Position numbers and translations under genes: made by a program. A stretch of 64,000 nucleotides of DNA from an uncultured Eubacteriales bacterium (GTDB lineage Bacteria; Actinomycetota; Coriobacteriia; Anaerosomatales; JAAXUF01), in the NCBI GenBank assembly GCA_964541225.1, contig CAZIPN010000003.1, positions 10,007 to 74,006 on the forward strand, given 5' to 3'. Below the pieces are notes generated by a model. It worked only from the letters and a program-made list of their open reading frames with translations. It ran no database searches and was not told where the DNA came from. This document shows positions 26,197 through 33,897 of the stretch, piece after piece. Every line of letters begins with the position of its first letter. Position 1 is the stretch's first letter.

Positions 26197-27480
26197 TTAT
26201 CGGAACCGAGCGTTCTCCCCTTTAAGGTCGCCGAGAAGAACGTCGGCGTACTTGCGGAACTTCTCGTAGGTCTTTGTCCCGGCCTTGACGCCAACCCGAG
26301 ACTCCCCAAACCACATCTCGACCGGTGCAACCATCGTGAACTCGGCGTACTCGGCGCGCAGACCAAGCGGGAGTGCCTCCGGCGGGCGCTGGCTCGCGAG
26401 AGACGAACCCGCGGGCGTCTCCAGGTCGACCCGCACGTGCGCGCGCGGACGCACGTGTCGCGGCTCGGGCGAGACAGACGATGTCTGTGCGACGGGCGGC
26501 GCTGCCGCAGGCTCCGCAGCGCGAACGACTGTGGCAGGCCGGGTCTTGGGCACCTCAGGTGCGGGAGCCGGCTCGGGAACTGCAGGGGACACCCGCTCGG
26601 GCGCGACCGAGGGAACGGGCGCTGGGATGGACAAGGGAGGGGCCGCAGGGACGGCCGCAGGCGCAGGTGAGGGTATCGGACGCGGGGCTGGCGCTGGCAT
26701 CGGCTCGGGCTCGGGCTCGGGGGCCGGTATCGGCTCGGGTGCGGGCGCTGAGGGCGGCTCGGGTGCGGGGGCCGAGGGCGGCTCGGGTGCGGGGCCGGGG
26801 GTGGGCTCGGGTGCGGGGGCCGGTATCGGCTCGCGCGACACGGCTGGAGTCGGAGCGGGTTCTGGAATCCACTCAAAGGTGGGAGCAGGCACAACCGCAA
26901 CCGGCTGCGGCGCTTCCAGGCCCGTGTCATGAACTACTTGCGGGACAATGGATTCCAACTCCAAGGTCGCGGGTGCCGGCGGCCTGAGCGACGGCGTGGG
27001 CGAAGGTGGCACTTCCCCGCCGCCCGCTGGCGCGACAACGGGCGGTTGAGCCGGAGGCTCCAGCGGTGCTGGCGGCGTGACCGGAGACGCAGGCGCAGGC
27101 TGTGAGCGCGCCGCAGCCGATCCACCGGTCGTGGACGCAGGTTCGGGGGGCTTGAACGAACCAATGCGCTCGGCAAGCGAGACTTCCCCAAGGCGGCTCG
27201 CCGGAGCAGGTTCGGCGGCGGGTTCCCAATTGCCGACCTTGAGTGGAGCGCGTAGCGACGCGCTGAGGCTATCGGGGTTCATCGGCAAGTCGAGCCCTTC
27301 GAGACTCGCGTCGATGACGCGGTCGGGAGCTGGCGGGAGAGCTGGCCACTCGCCAGGCTGCTGGACCGGCTCGAACTCCTCGTGCTTGCGTGCCGAGCGA
27401 ACAACTGCTGAGAGAAACGCTACCAGCGCGACGAACACGAAGAGGAGCGCCGCTGCGAGGATAGCAAGACGCACCTCCAC
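26197..27480 (-). CDS. Proline-rich single-pass membrane protein (function unknown; part of GTPase cassette)
   Basis: 427 aa. N-terminal TM helix LAILAAALLFVFVALVAFLSAVV, about 300 aa of P/A/E-rich sequence with PAPEPPSA repeats, and a non-repetitive C-terminal block MVAPVEMWFGESRVGVKAGTKTYEKFRKYADVLLGDLKGE. A 2-nt gap from the GTPase stop suggests translational coupling. Confidence 0.6.
   Translation of the reverse strand: MEVRLAILAAALLFVFVALVAFLSAVVRSARKHEEFEPVQQPGEWPALPPAPDRVIDASLEGLDLPMNPDSLSASLRAPLKVGNWEPAAEPAPASRLGEVSLAERIGSFKPPEPASTTGGSAAARSQPAPASPVTPPAPLEPPAQPPVVAPAGGGEVPPSPTPSLRPPAPATLELESIVPQVVHDTGLEAPQPVAVVPAPTFEWIPEPAPTPAVSREPIPAPAPEPTPGPAPEPPSAPAPEPPSAPAPEPIPAPEPEPEPMPAPAPRPIPSPAPAAVPAAPPLSIPAPVPSVAPERVSPAVPEPAPAPEVPKTRPATVVRAAEPAAAPPVAQTSSVSPEPRHVRPRAHVRVDLETPAGSSLASQRPPEALPLGLRAEYAEFTMVAPVEMWFGESRVGVKAGTKTYEKFRKYADVLLGDLKGENARFR
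26722..26835. repeat. 24-nt tandem repeat (~4.6 copies) encoding PAPEPxxA octapeptides
   Basis: The core cggctcgggtgcggg recurs at 26731, 26755, 26779 and (gggctcgggtgcggg) 26803 with exact 24-nt phase. It lies inside the proline-rich CDS. Confidence 0.8.
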
Positions 27481-27482
27481 GG

Positions 27483-28010
27483 CTACTCCATGCTCTTGAG
27501 GATCTCGTACAGCAGCCCAAGCAGTGCTGCCTTCACCGAATCGCGACTGCGAGCATCTACGGGCAAGAGAGGGGTGTCGTCGGTGAGCTCCAGGTCCGAA
27601 CGCACTCTGCGCAGTGTCTCCTGATCGTCGGCCGAAACCTTGTTCGCGGCAACGATGAATGGCACGTCGGACATCTCTGTGAAGAACCGGATCATGCCTC
27701 GGGTGTCTTCGAACGTGCCGGGTTCATCGGCATCAACCAGCACCACGAAACCGAGCATGCCTTCGGAAAGTGTCTCCCACATGAAGCTGAATCGCTCCTG
27801 CCCGGGAGTCCCAAAGAGGTAGAGCACGACGTCGTCAGAGACCGTGATGCGTCCGAAGTCCATGGCGACAGTCGTCTCACCGTCGCCCTCCCCCGCTGCG
27901 GCACTGATCTGCCGCTCGGTCGAGAGTACGGTGATCTCGCTCACCGACTTGATGAACGTCGTCTTCCCCGCATTGAATGGACCTGTGACAACTACTTTGA
28001 CGGACTGCAT
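27483..28010 (-). CDS. Small P-loop GTPase, CvnD/MglA-like (COG2229-type)
   Basis: 175 aa. G1 is GPFNAGKT. TTVAMDFGRI and LYLFGTPGQERFSFMW follow the Streptomyces CvnD pattern closely. The switch II box lacks Asp, as in MglA. G4 is degenerate (NKVS). Confidence 0.8.
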   Translation of the reverse strand: MQSVKVVVTGPFNAGKTTFIKSVSEITVLSTERQISAAAGEGDGETTVAMDFGRITVSDDVVLYLFGTPGQERFSFMWETLSEGMLGFVVLVDADEPGTFEDTRGMIRFFTEMSDVPFIVAANKVSADDQETLRRVRSDLELTDDTPLLPVDARSRDSVKAALLGLLYEILKSME

Positions 28011-28027
28011 GCGGTCAGGCTCTTCCT

Positions 28028-30469
28028 CTACAGGCTCTTGATACCATCAATGATCTTCATCAGCGTGTCACGATCGACACGCGCGTCTCGGCGAAGCAGC
28101 GCTTCACCTTCGGCCGGCAGCTTCCGGACACTCGCCGATGGCCTCACTGGACGATCGGCACCGGTCAGTGCCGACAGCTCGTCGGTGAGTTCACCGGAGA
28201 AACTGAAATCCTTCTCCAGCGTCAGGTCGTCGAGATACGCATCCGTGGAGATCACACCCGCAGTGGGCTCTGATGGCTCCTCAAGCAGCGGATTCAACTC
28301 GGCCTCGGGCGCTGGAGCGGCCTCAGCGGCGCCAGCATTCTGCGCATCATCGGCGCTGATATCCAGCGATTCCAGCAAGGCCGAAAAGTCCGCCTCTCCG
28401 CCGACTTCTTGGCCAGCCACGCTGGCAGCCGCCTGCGATGCGGCGACTTCCTCGGACGGCCCCGCGATGCCCATCGGTTCGACAACCGGCTCAAACCCGG
28501 GCGCCTCGGCCTGGGTCTCAGGCACGACCTGCAATTCCTCAGCAGGCGCCTCAGACGCCGGTGCGGTTGGCTCTTCGGATTCGGCGAGTTCTGCTGGCAT
28601 CTCGCCCAGCCCGAGCGCCATCAGGTCATGCTCGAAATCGCCCGGTTGCCCCGCCTCAGCGGTTGGAGCGACCGGGCTGGCCTCGGCGGTCGGCTCAGGT
28701 ACTGCCTCGGTCTCGGGGAATGCGGCCTCGGCCTCAGCAGCGGACACCGCCTCGGGTGAGACAGCCTCCGGCTCACCGGCAGCTACGACCTCAGGAACGA
28801 CGCTGGAGAGAGGCTCAACCTCGGTGACCGCCTCCTCTTCCCCCGGCACCCCCTCGGATTCTGCAGCAGCGGGAACGATGACGAACGTGCCCGGCTCAAG
28901 CGGCGGTGCTGGCTCCGGCGTGACACTTGGTTCTTCGAGGGCCTCGGCAACCGACTGCAACTCGGGCGCGAGTTCGTGCACCGTCACCGGCTCAGGCTCT
29001 GCGGTCTCTTCCGGTGCGGCTTCAGGTGCAGCAGCTTCGAGGACGGTCTCCTCGGCCGACACTTCGGGTGGTGCCTCAGCAGGGACCTCGGGGGCGGCAG
29101 CTTCAGGTGGTGCCTCGGCAGGGACCTCGGGAGCGACCTCAGCAGAGGCCTCGGGCGCGGCGGCCTCAGGTGGTGCCTGGCGAGCGGCCTCGGGTTGCTC
29201 CTCGGGGGCAACCTCCGCTTCCAGCTCGATCGGGGCTTCCTCGGCAGGCGGCGCGAGTTCGGTGAGATCGCCGAGCAACTCCTCGACCGACGGCACCGAG
29301 AGATCTGGACCGGCCTGCGCTTCCTGCGACGCGGCGATGAACGCCGGTTCCTCGCCGGGCGTGTACGGAGCTGCCGGCTTCTTCTCGGCGGGAGCGGCGG
29401 GCTCATGGGGCGCATGCTCCAGCACGGCGCCCATCGCGGCCTCGAGTGCCGCGATATCCTCGGCGGTCGCGGGTTGTGGCTCCGCCCCCAGAAACGTCGG
29501 TACCTCGGCCGCAGCGGCAGGACCGCTCGTGGCTTCGCGCGCGGCTTCCGCCGACTCCTCAGCACCTTGCTCCTCGGCGACTTGGGCCTCGGCGACTTGG
29601 GCTTGCGCGGGGGCAGTCACCTCGGGTTCCTCGGCGACGTGCGGAGCGGCAGCCTGTTCGGCCTCAAGCTCGGCCGCCCTCTGCTTGTCCAACTCCGCTT
29701 GCTTCGCCTCTCGCTCAAGGCGCTCGGCGCGCAAGGCGACGGCTTCTTCGTCGGAGGCAAACTCAAGAAGACCTGCCGAGAACAGACCGTAGACGACGCG
29801 CGCCACCTCAAAATCGGTGGTGTTGATGGCGACCGCAAGCTCAGCAACGGATCGGCTGCCGTCCACGAGCAACAGCAGGTTCCACTCAATCGGCTTCAGG
29901 GATATCTCGAACGTGCCTTCCCCTGGTGCCGTGGCCATCTTGAAAACGATGTCGGTGGACGGGATCTTCTTCTTGATCCGATTCCACTCTTCGAGACGTC
30001 GGCTTCCCTCCATGATCACGTTCTCGATGGAGACGGTCAGGCCGATGTCTTCTTCCAGGGCTTCGGGCATGGCTTCGAACTCGAAATCGCCGTCGTCCCA
30101 GCGCATGAGGTCGAAGATGGTGTCCTGAATCTGCTCCTGTACAAAGACCTCGAGCACCTCATCCGTGATGTAGCCTTCTTCGACAAGAATCTCGCCGAGG
30201 CGCTTTCCACCTTCCGGTTCCGCAGCCCTAAGCTCCAGTGCCCTCTCAAGCGCCATCGGCGTGATGCGCTGCGCGCGCACGAGACGCTCGCCGAGCGGTT
30301 CCGTGCGCCAATTTGACTGGGCGAAGAACACATCCCCCTCGCGGAACCACACGCTGCCCTGTGCGCCGTCTTCTCGGCGAATGCGCAGCACACCGGTCTT
30401 CCCGCTGAAAGTGACCAGCTGGAAGATATCCGGGAGACTCAGTTCCTTGAGATTGCCACGCAATGCCAC
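28028..30469 (-). CDS. DUF4388/PATAN-domain protein with T2SE_N/MshEN-like segment and ~500-aa acidic low-complexity region
   Basis: The N-terminus GNLKELSLPDIFQLVTFSGKTGVLRIRREDGAQGSVWFREGDVFFA fits DUF4388. Next comes LGERLVRAQRITPMALERALELR...KRLGEILVEEGYITDEVLEVFVQEQ (GspE-N-like). A long A/E/P-rich region follows, then a short conserved-looking C-terminus. GTG start at 30469. Confidence 0.75.
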   Translation of the reverse strand: MALRGNLKELSLPDIFQLVTFSGKTGVLRIRREDGAQGSVWFREGDVFFAQSNWRTEPLGERLVRAQRITPMALERALELRAAEPEGGKRLGEILVEEGYITDEVLEVFVQEQIQDTIFDLMRWDDGDFEFEAMPEALEEDIGLTVSIENVIMEGSRRLEEWNRIKKKIPSTDIVFKMATAPGEGTFEISLKPIEWNLLLLVDGSRSVAELAVAINTTDFEVARVVYGLFSAGLLEFASDEEAVALRAERLEREAKQAELDKQRAAELEAEQAAAPHVAEEPEVTAPAQAQVAEAQVAEEQGAEESAEAAREATSGPAAAAEVPTFLGAEPQPATAEDIAALEAAMGAVLEHAPHEPAAPAEKKPAAPYTPGEEPAFIAASQEAQAGPDLSVPSVEELLGDLTELAPPAEEAPIELEAEVAPEEQPEAARQAPPEAAAPEASAEVAPEVPAEAPPEAAAPEVPAEAPPEVSAEETVLEAAAPEAAPEETAEPEPVTVHELAPELQSVAEALEEPSVTPEPAPPLEPGTFVIVPAAAESEGVPGEEEAVTEVEPLSSVVPEVVAAGEPEAVSPEAVSAAEAEAAFPETEAVPEPTAEASPVAPTAEAGQPGDFEHDLMALGLGEMPAELAESEEPTAPASEAPAEELQVVPETQAEAPGFEPVVEPMGIAGPSEEVAASQAAASVAGQEVGGEADFSALLESLDISADDAQNAGAAEAAPAPEAELNPLLEEPSEPTAGVISTDAYLDDLTLEKDFSFSGELTDELSALTGADRPVRPSASVRKLPAEGEALLRRDARVDRDTLMKIIDGIKSL
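29062..29180. repeat. Imperfect 39-nt tandem repeat inside the acidic region (PEVPAEAPPEAAA units)
   Basis: 29062..29100 and 29101..29139 match at 33/39 positions. A third partial copy starts near 29164. Confidence 0.6.
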
Positions 30470-30510
30470 TTAGGTATCCGCCCCATGGTGTGATGGAGAA
30501 TTCAAGGCCG

Positions 30511-31131
30511 TCAGCCGAGAATCTCGGCGATCGTGTCGGCCGTATCTCGCATGTCGTACAGTACGAGCCCGAGCTTCGCCTCAACATCGGCGATGCACGT
30601 CAGCACCGCCTTGTCACCTGCGGCGATGAGCATCACGTAGCCGGTCTCCCCTTCGATGAAGACCTGCGTGAGAGCGCCCCGCCCGAGCTCAGCCGCCGCT
30701 CGCTCGCCGAGCCCAAGGATGGCCGCTGACATCGCACCAACGCGGTCGTCTTGCATGCTGTCTGGCAAAGCCGCAGCCATCGTGAATCCATCCAGCGAAA
30801 CAAGGGCCGCAGCCAACACCTCCTGGTTGTTCTCCATGAGCGCGTCAAGCGCTGCCGCCAGGCGTTCCTCACGACTCGGGCGGTGAGCCACTGCGGCAGC
30901 GCGCGGTTCAGGCGCAGGCGCTTGGACTGGGGCAGGCTCAACAGGAGCGGGAACCTCTGCCGGGGGAGCCGCCGCGGTCGAAACGGGCGGTTCGGCAGGC
31001 GGAGCCGCTTGGGCAGGAGCTTGGGCGGGAGAGCCCGGCACTACAACGGGCGCCGGGAGCAACTCGTCGTCTTCGGCGAAAGCGTCGTCTCCGTCGCTTA
31101 GGAAGAAATCGCCAAATGCATTGTCCGCCAC
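30511..31131 (-). CDS. Roadblock/LC7 (MglB/CvnB-like) domain protein with P/A-rich N-terminal region
   Basis: The C-terminal ~115 aa (LDALMENNQEVLAAALVSLDGFTMAAALPDS...GAMSAAILGLGERAA...VFIEGETGYVMLIAAGDKAVLTCIADVEAKLGLVLYDM) fits Robl/LC7. GTG start at 31131 with GGAGGTG 8 nt upstream. Confidence 0.75.
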   Translation of the reverse strand: MADNAFGDFFLSDGDDAFAEDDELLPAPVVVPGSPAQAPAQAAPPAEPPVSTAAAPPAEVPAPVEPAPVQAPAPEPRAAAVAHRPSREERLAAALDALMENNQEVLAAALVSLDGFTMAAALPDSMQDDRVGAMSAAILGLGERAAAELGRGALTQVFIEGETGYVMLIAAGDKAVLTCIADVEAKLGLVLYDMRDTADTIAEILG

Positions 31132-31282
31132 CAGAACGCACCTCCGAAAACCACTGTCAACAGCCTCGCCGAGCAGCGGCTACGCCGCCTCAAGACCACC
31201 GTCGGCAAGTCACCTCATACTGTCAGAAAGGCACGGGCGAAACAACCGAATCGGCCCCGCCAAGAAGCATTCCGATCTCACG

Positions 31283-32956
31283 CTAGACCACCACGCGAAG
31301 TATCTCTTCGATTGAGGTCAGGCCCATCTTCACCTTGGCGAATCCGTCGTCTCGCAGCGTGAGCATCCCTTCGTCAATCGCGGAGCGCGCCAACACGTCC
31401 GATGAAGCGTTCTCAACCGTAAGTCGCTCGAGGTTCTCCGACATCCGCATGACCTCGTGAATACCCATCCGGCCCTTGTAGCCGATGTCGTTGCACTTCT
31501 TGCATCCGCGAGCTCGATAGAGCTTCGGTGGATTCCCTGGCTCGAAGGGGAAGCCTATGCGAGTCAGCACCGCCTCCTCGGGCGTGTACTGTTCCTTGCA
31601 ATCGGGGCACAGGCGCCGAGCCAGTCTCTGAGCCATGACAAGCGTGATCGCGGACGCCGAAAGGAACGGCTCGATGCCCATCTCGGTGAGCCTCGTGATC
31701 GCCGAGGGCGCATCGTTGGTATGCAGCGTCGACAGCACGAGATGTCCGGTGAGCGCCGCCTCGATGGCGATCGTGCCAGTCTCCTTGTCGCGGATCTCGC
31801 CGATCATCACCTTGTCCGGGTCCTGCCTCAGGATGGAACGCAGGGCAGACGCGAACGTGAGTCCGGCCTTCTCGTGAACTTGCACCTGAGACAGGCCCGC
31901 AAGCCTGTACTCAACCGGATCCTCGACAGTGATGAGGTTCGTCTTGGGATCGTTCGTTTCGTTGATCGCCGCATAGAGCGTGGTCGACTTACCCGAACCG
32001 GTTGGACCGGTGACCAAGATGGCGCCGTACGGAAGCGCGAGCGCTTCCAGCAGCATCCGCAGGTTGTACTCCAAGAAGCCCAGGTCTTTCAGCGACATCA
32101 TGATCGCGTCCCGGCGCAAGAGACGAAGCACAGCCATCTCGCCGTTCACTACGGGCAAGACCGCCACCCGGAAATCAACTGCTTTGCCGTCCAGTACCAC
32201 GCCGAAACGACCGTCCTGCGGTATGCGCCGCTCGGCGATATCCATGCCGCAGCTGATCTTCAGGCGGCTCACCAGCTGTCGATGCAGCTTCTTCGGCAGT
32301 GTGTTGACTACCTGGCACACACCGTCAATCCGAAAGCGAATGCGCAAGTCACGCTCACCCGGCTCGATGTAGATGTCGCCCGCACCGCTGCGGATCGCCT
32401 CGGTCACAATCTGGTTCATGAGCCGAACGACCACCGACTCGGCGCTTGCCTCCTCGGCTTCCTCCTCGGCCGCAACGCCAACCTGCTGTTCGAGGTCACC
32501 GACCATGTCGCCAACGTTTGTCTGCGAGGCGCTGAATCTCTCGATCGCCGAGAGTAGCTCGCTCTCCGCAGCAACGACCGGTCGAATCTCCCTGCCGGTG
32601 ACGATGCGCACGTCATCGATCGCGAAGATATTGGCCGGGTCGGCCATGGCAATGATGAGTTCGTCGTCTTGCACCTTGATCGGCAGGACAGCGTAGCGGC
32701 GCATCAGATCCAACTTGAGCAGAAGCGCTGCGTTTGGATCGATCTCGTAGGCTCCGATGTCGACGTAGGGCAAGCCCATGGATTCAGCCACGGCCTTGGC
32801 GACGGTGACTTCGTCGGCGAAGCCGAGTTCGTCAAGAACGTGCGGAAGCGGACGACCGTCAGCGACTGCCACTGCCTCGGCAAGTTGCTTGTCATCAATC
32901 AAGCCGGTGCCCACAAGGAGCCGGCCCAATCGCATGCTGTTGGCCGCTGCCGCCAT
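31283..32956 (-). CDS. Type IV pilus/T2SS-type assembly ATPase (GspE family), copy 2
   Basis: 557 aa. N-terminal T2SE_N-like domain (RLGRLLVGTGLIDDKQLAEAVAVA), Walker A GPTGSGKST, IGEIRD, TGHLVLSTLHTN, CPDC...CKKC. The full-length PilB architecture distinguishes it from the shorter PilT. Confidence 0.85.
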   Translation of the reverse strand: MAAAANSMRLGRLLVGTGLIDDKQLAEAVAVADGRPLPHVLDELGFADEVTVAKAVAESMGLPYVDIGAYEIDPNAALLLKLDLMRRYAVLPIKVQDDELIIAMADPANIFAIDDVRIVTGREIRPVVAAESELLSAIERFSASQTNVGDMVGDLEQQVGVAAEEEAEEASAESVVVRLMNQIVTEAIRSGAGDIYIEPGERDLRIRFRIDGVCQVVNTLPKKLHRQLVSRLKISCGMDIAERRIPQDGRFGVVLDGKAVDFRVAVLPVVNGEMAVLRLLRRDAIMMSLKDLGFLEYNLRMLLEALALPYGAILVTGPTGSGKSTTLYAAINETNDPKTNLITVEDPVEYRLAGLSQVQVHEKAGLTFASALRSILRQDPDKVMIGEIRDKETGTIAIEAALTGHLVLSTLHTNDAPSAITRLTEMGIEPFLSASAITLVMAQRLARRLCPDCKEQYTPEEAVLTRIGFPFEPGNPPKLYRARGCKKCNDIGYKGRMGIHEVMRMSENLERLTVENASSDVLARSAIDEGMLTLRDDGFAKVKMGLTSIEEILRVVV

Positions 32957-32959
32957 GGG

Positions 32960-33859
32960 CTAGCCACTCACCTCCGAGCCATTGCGGACCGCGAGTTCGC
33001 GTTGGGCTGCGGCGCGCATGGTCTCTCGCGGGGTTCGCACTTGCGCATCGGCATTCCAAATGTCTACGGCGGTCGCGCCCTGTGCGACAAGCATGCCGAG
33101 ACCATCAAGAACGTGCGCGCCAGCTTCGCGACCGCCAGTGACGAGCCGCGTGGGAACGGCGGTGCCATATACCATGTCCAGCACTACCTGACCTTCCGTC
33201 AGCCATTCCACCGGCACGGGACTCTCTGCCTCGGGATTCATTCCGACCGGGGTGGCGTTGATGACGAGGTCGGCAGCGCCAACCACGTCTTCGGCTTCCT
33301 CCTGAGTGACGGCATCCAAGTCGATGCCTCCCGCCCGAGGAGCCATTCTGTCGAGAAGTTCTTCGGCACGTTCGAGGCTGCGGTTAACCACTGTGATCCT
33401 GGCGCATTTCGCCAGAATCAGCGCGACGAATGCGCCAGCTGCCGCCCCGCCTGCTCCTAGGAGCACCACCGACTTGCCGGAAGGATCGAAACTGGCATCA
33501 GTCGAGAGTGACTCGAGCAAACCTCGGCCATCCGTGTTGTAGCCGATCAGCCGCCCATCTGAGGTGCAGTGCACAGTGTTCACCGCCCCGGCCATGCTTG
33601 CCGCCATGGCTACCTCATCACACAGTTCGAGGATCTCTTCCTTGTAGGGCATCGTGATGTTGAACCCCACGAATGGCAGCGAGCGTATCGCGGTGACAAG
33701 ACTTCTCAGCCCGCCCTCGTCCTGCACGGCGAGGGGAACGTAGACCCAGTCCAGTCCCAGCTCCTGATAGACCGCGTTGTGCATCGCCGGTGAGAGTGAG
33801 TGATCGAGTGGCCACCCGATCACTCCCGCCAGTCTGGTCGTCCCCTGGATGCGAGTCAT
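32960..33859 (-). CDS. aroE: Shikimate dehydrogenase
   Basis: GVIGWP..HSLSPAMHN, NITMPYK and GAGGAA motifs. The start is set at MTRIQG (ATG at 33859) behind GGGAGGAAGG. Confidence 0.9.
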   Translation of the reverse strand: MTRIQGTTRLAGVIGWPLDHSLSPAMHNAVYQELGLDWVYVPLAVQDEGGLRSLVTAIRSLPFVGFNITMPYKEEILELCDEVAMAASMAGAVNTVHCTSDGRLIGYNTDGRGLLESLSTDASFDPSGKSVVLLGAGGAAAGAFVALILAKCARITVVNRSLERAEELLDRMAPRAGGIDLDAVTQEEAEDVVGAADLVINATPVGMNPEAESPVPVEWLTEGQVVLDMVYGTAVPTRLVTGGREAGAHVLDGLGMLVAQGATAVDIWNADAQVRTPRETMRAAAQRELAVRNGSEVSG

Positions 33860-33897
33860 GGAACCTTCCTCCCGTTCGCACAAGACGGCGGCGCCGC

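Noticed and set aside
26690-26840. Regularly spaced short repeats that could superficially suggest a CRISPR-like array.
   Set aside because: The period is 24 nt with no unique spacers, and the repeats are in frame and translate to PAPEPPSA units inside a CDS. This is a coding tandem repeat rather than a CRISPR array, and no cas genes are present.
26181-26930. 250-codon N-terminal extension of the pilB ORF (PPHPSPPPAPHPSRPRPP…).
   Set aside because: It is an alternative frame of the proline-rich gene 26197..27480, which has its own TM helix, start and tight coupling to the GTPase gene. PilB homology only begins after the ATG at 26180.
28038-29792. 584-aa plus-strand ORF (S/A/G-rich), and overlapping plus-strand ORFs 28976..30316 and 28438..28827.
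   Set aside because: These are antisense to the low-complexity A/E/P-rich part of the PATAN gene. GC-rich repetitive DNA stays open in several frames. There is no RBS, recognisable domain or start context, whereas the minus-strand frame has clear N- and C-terminal domains.
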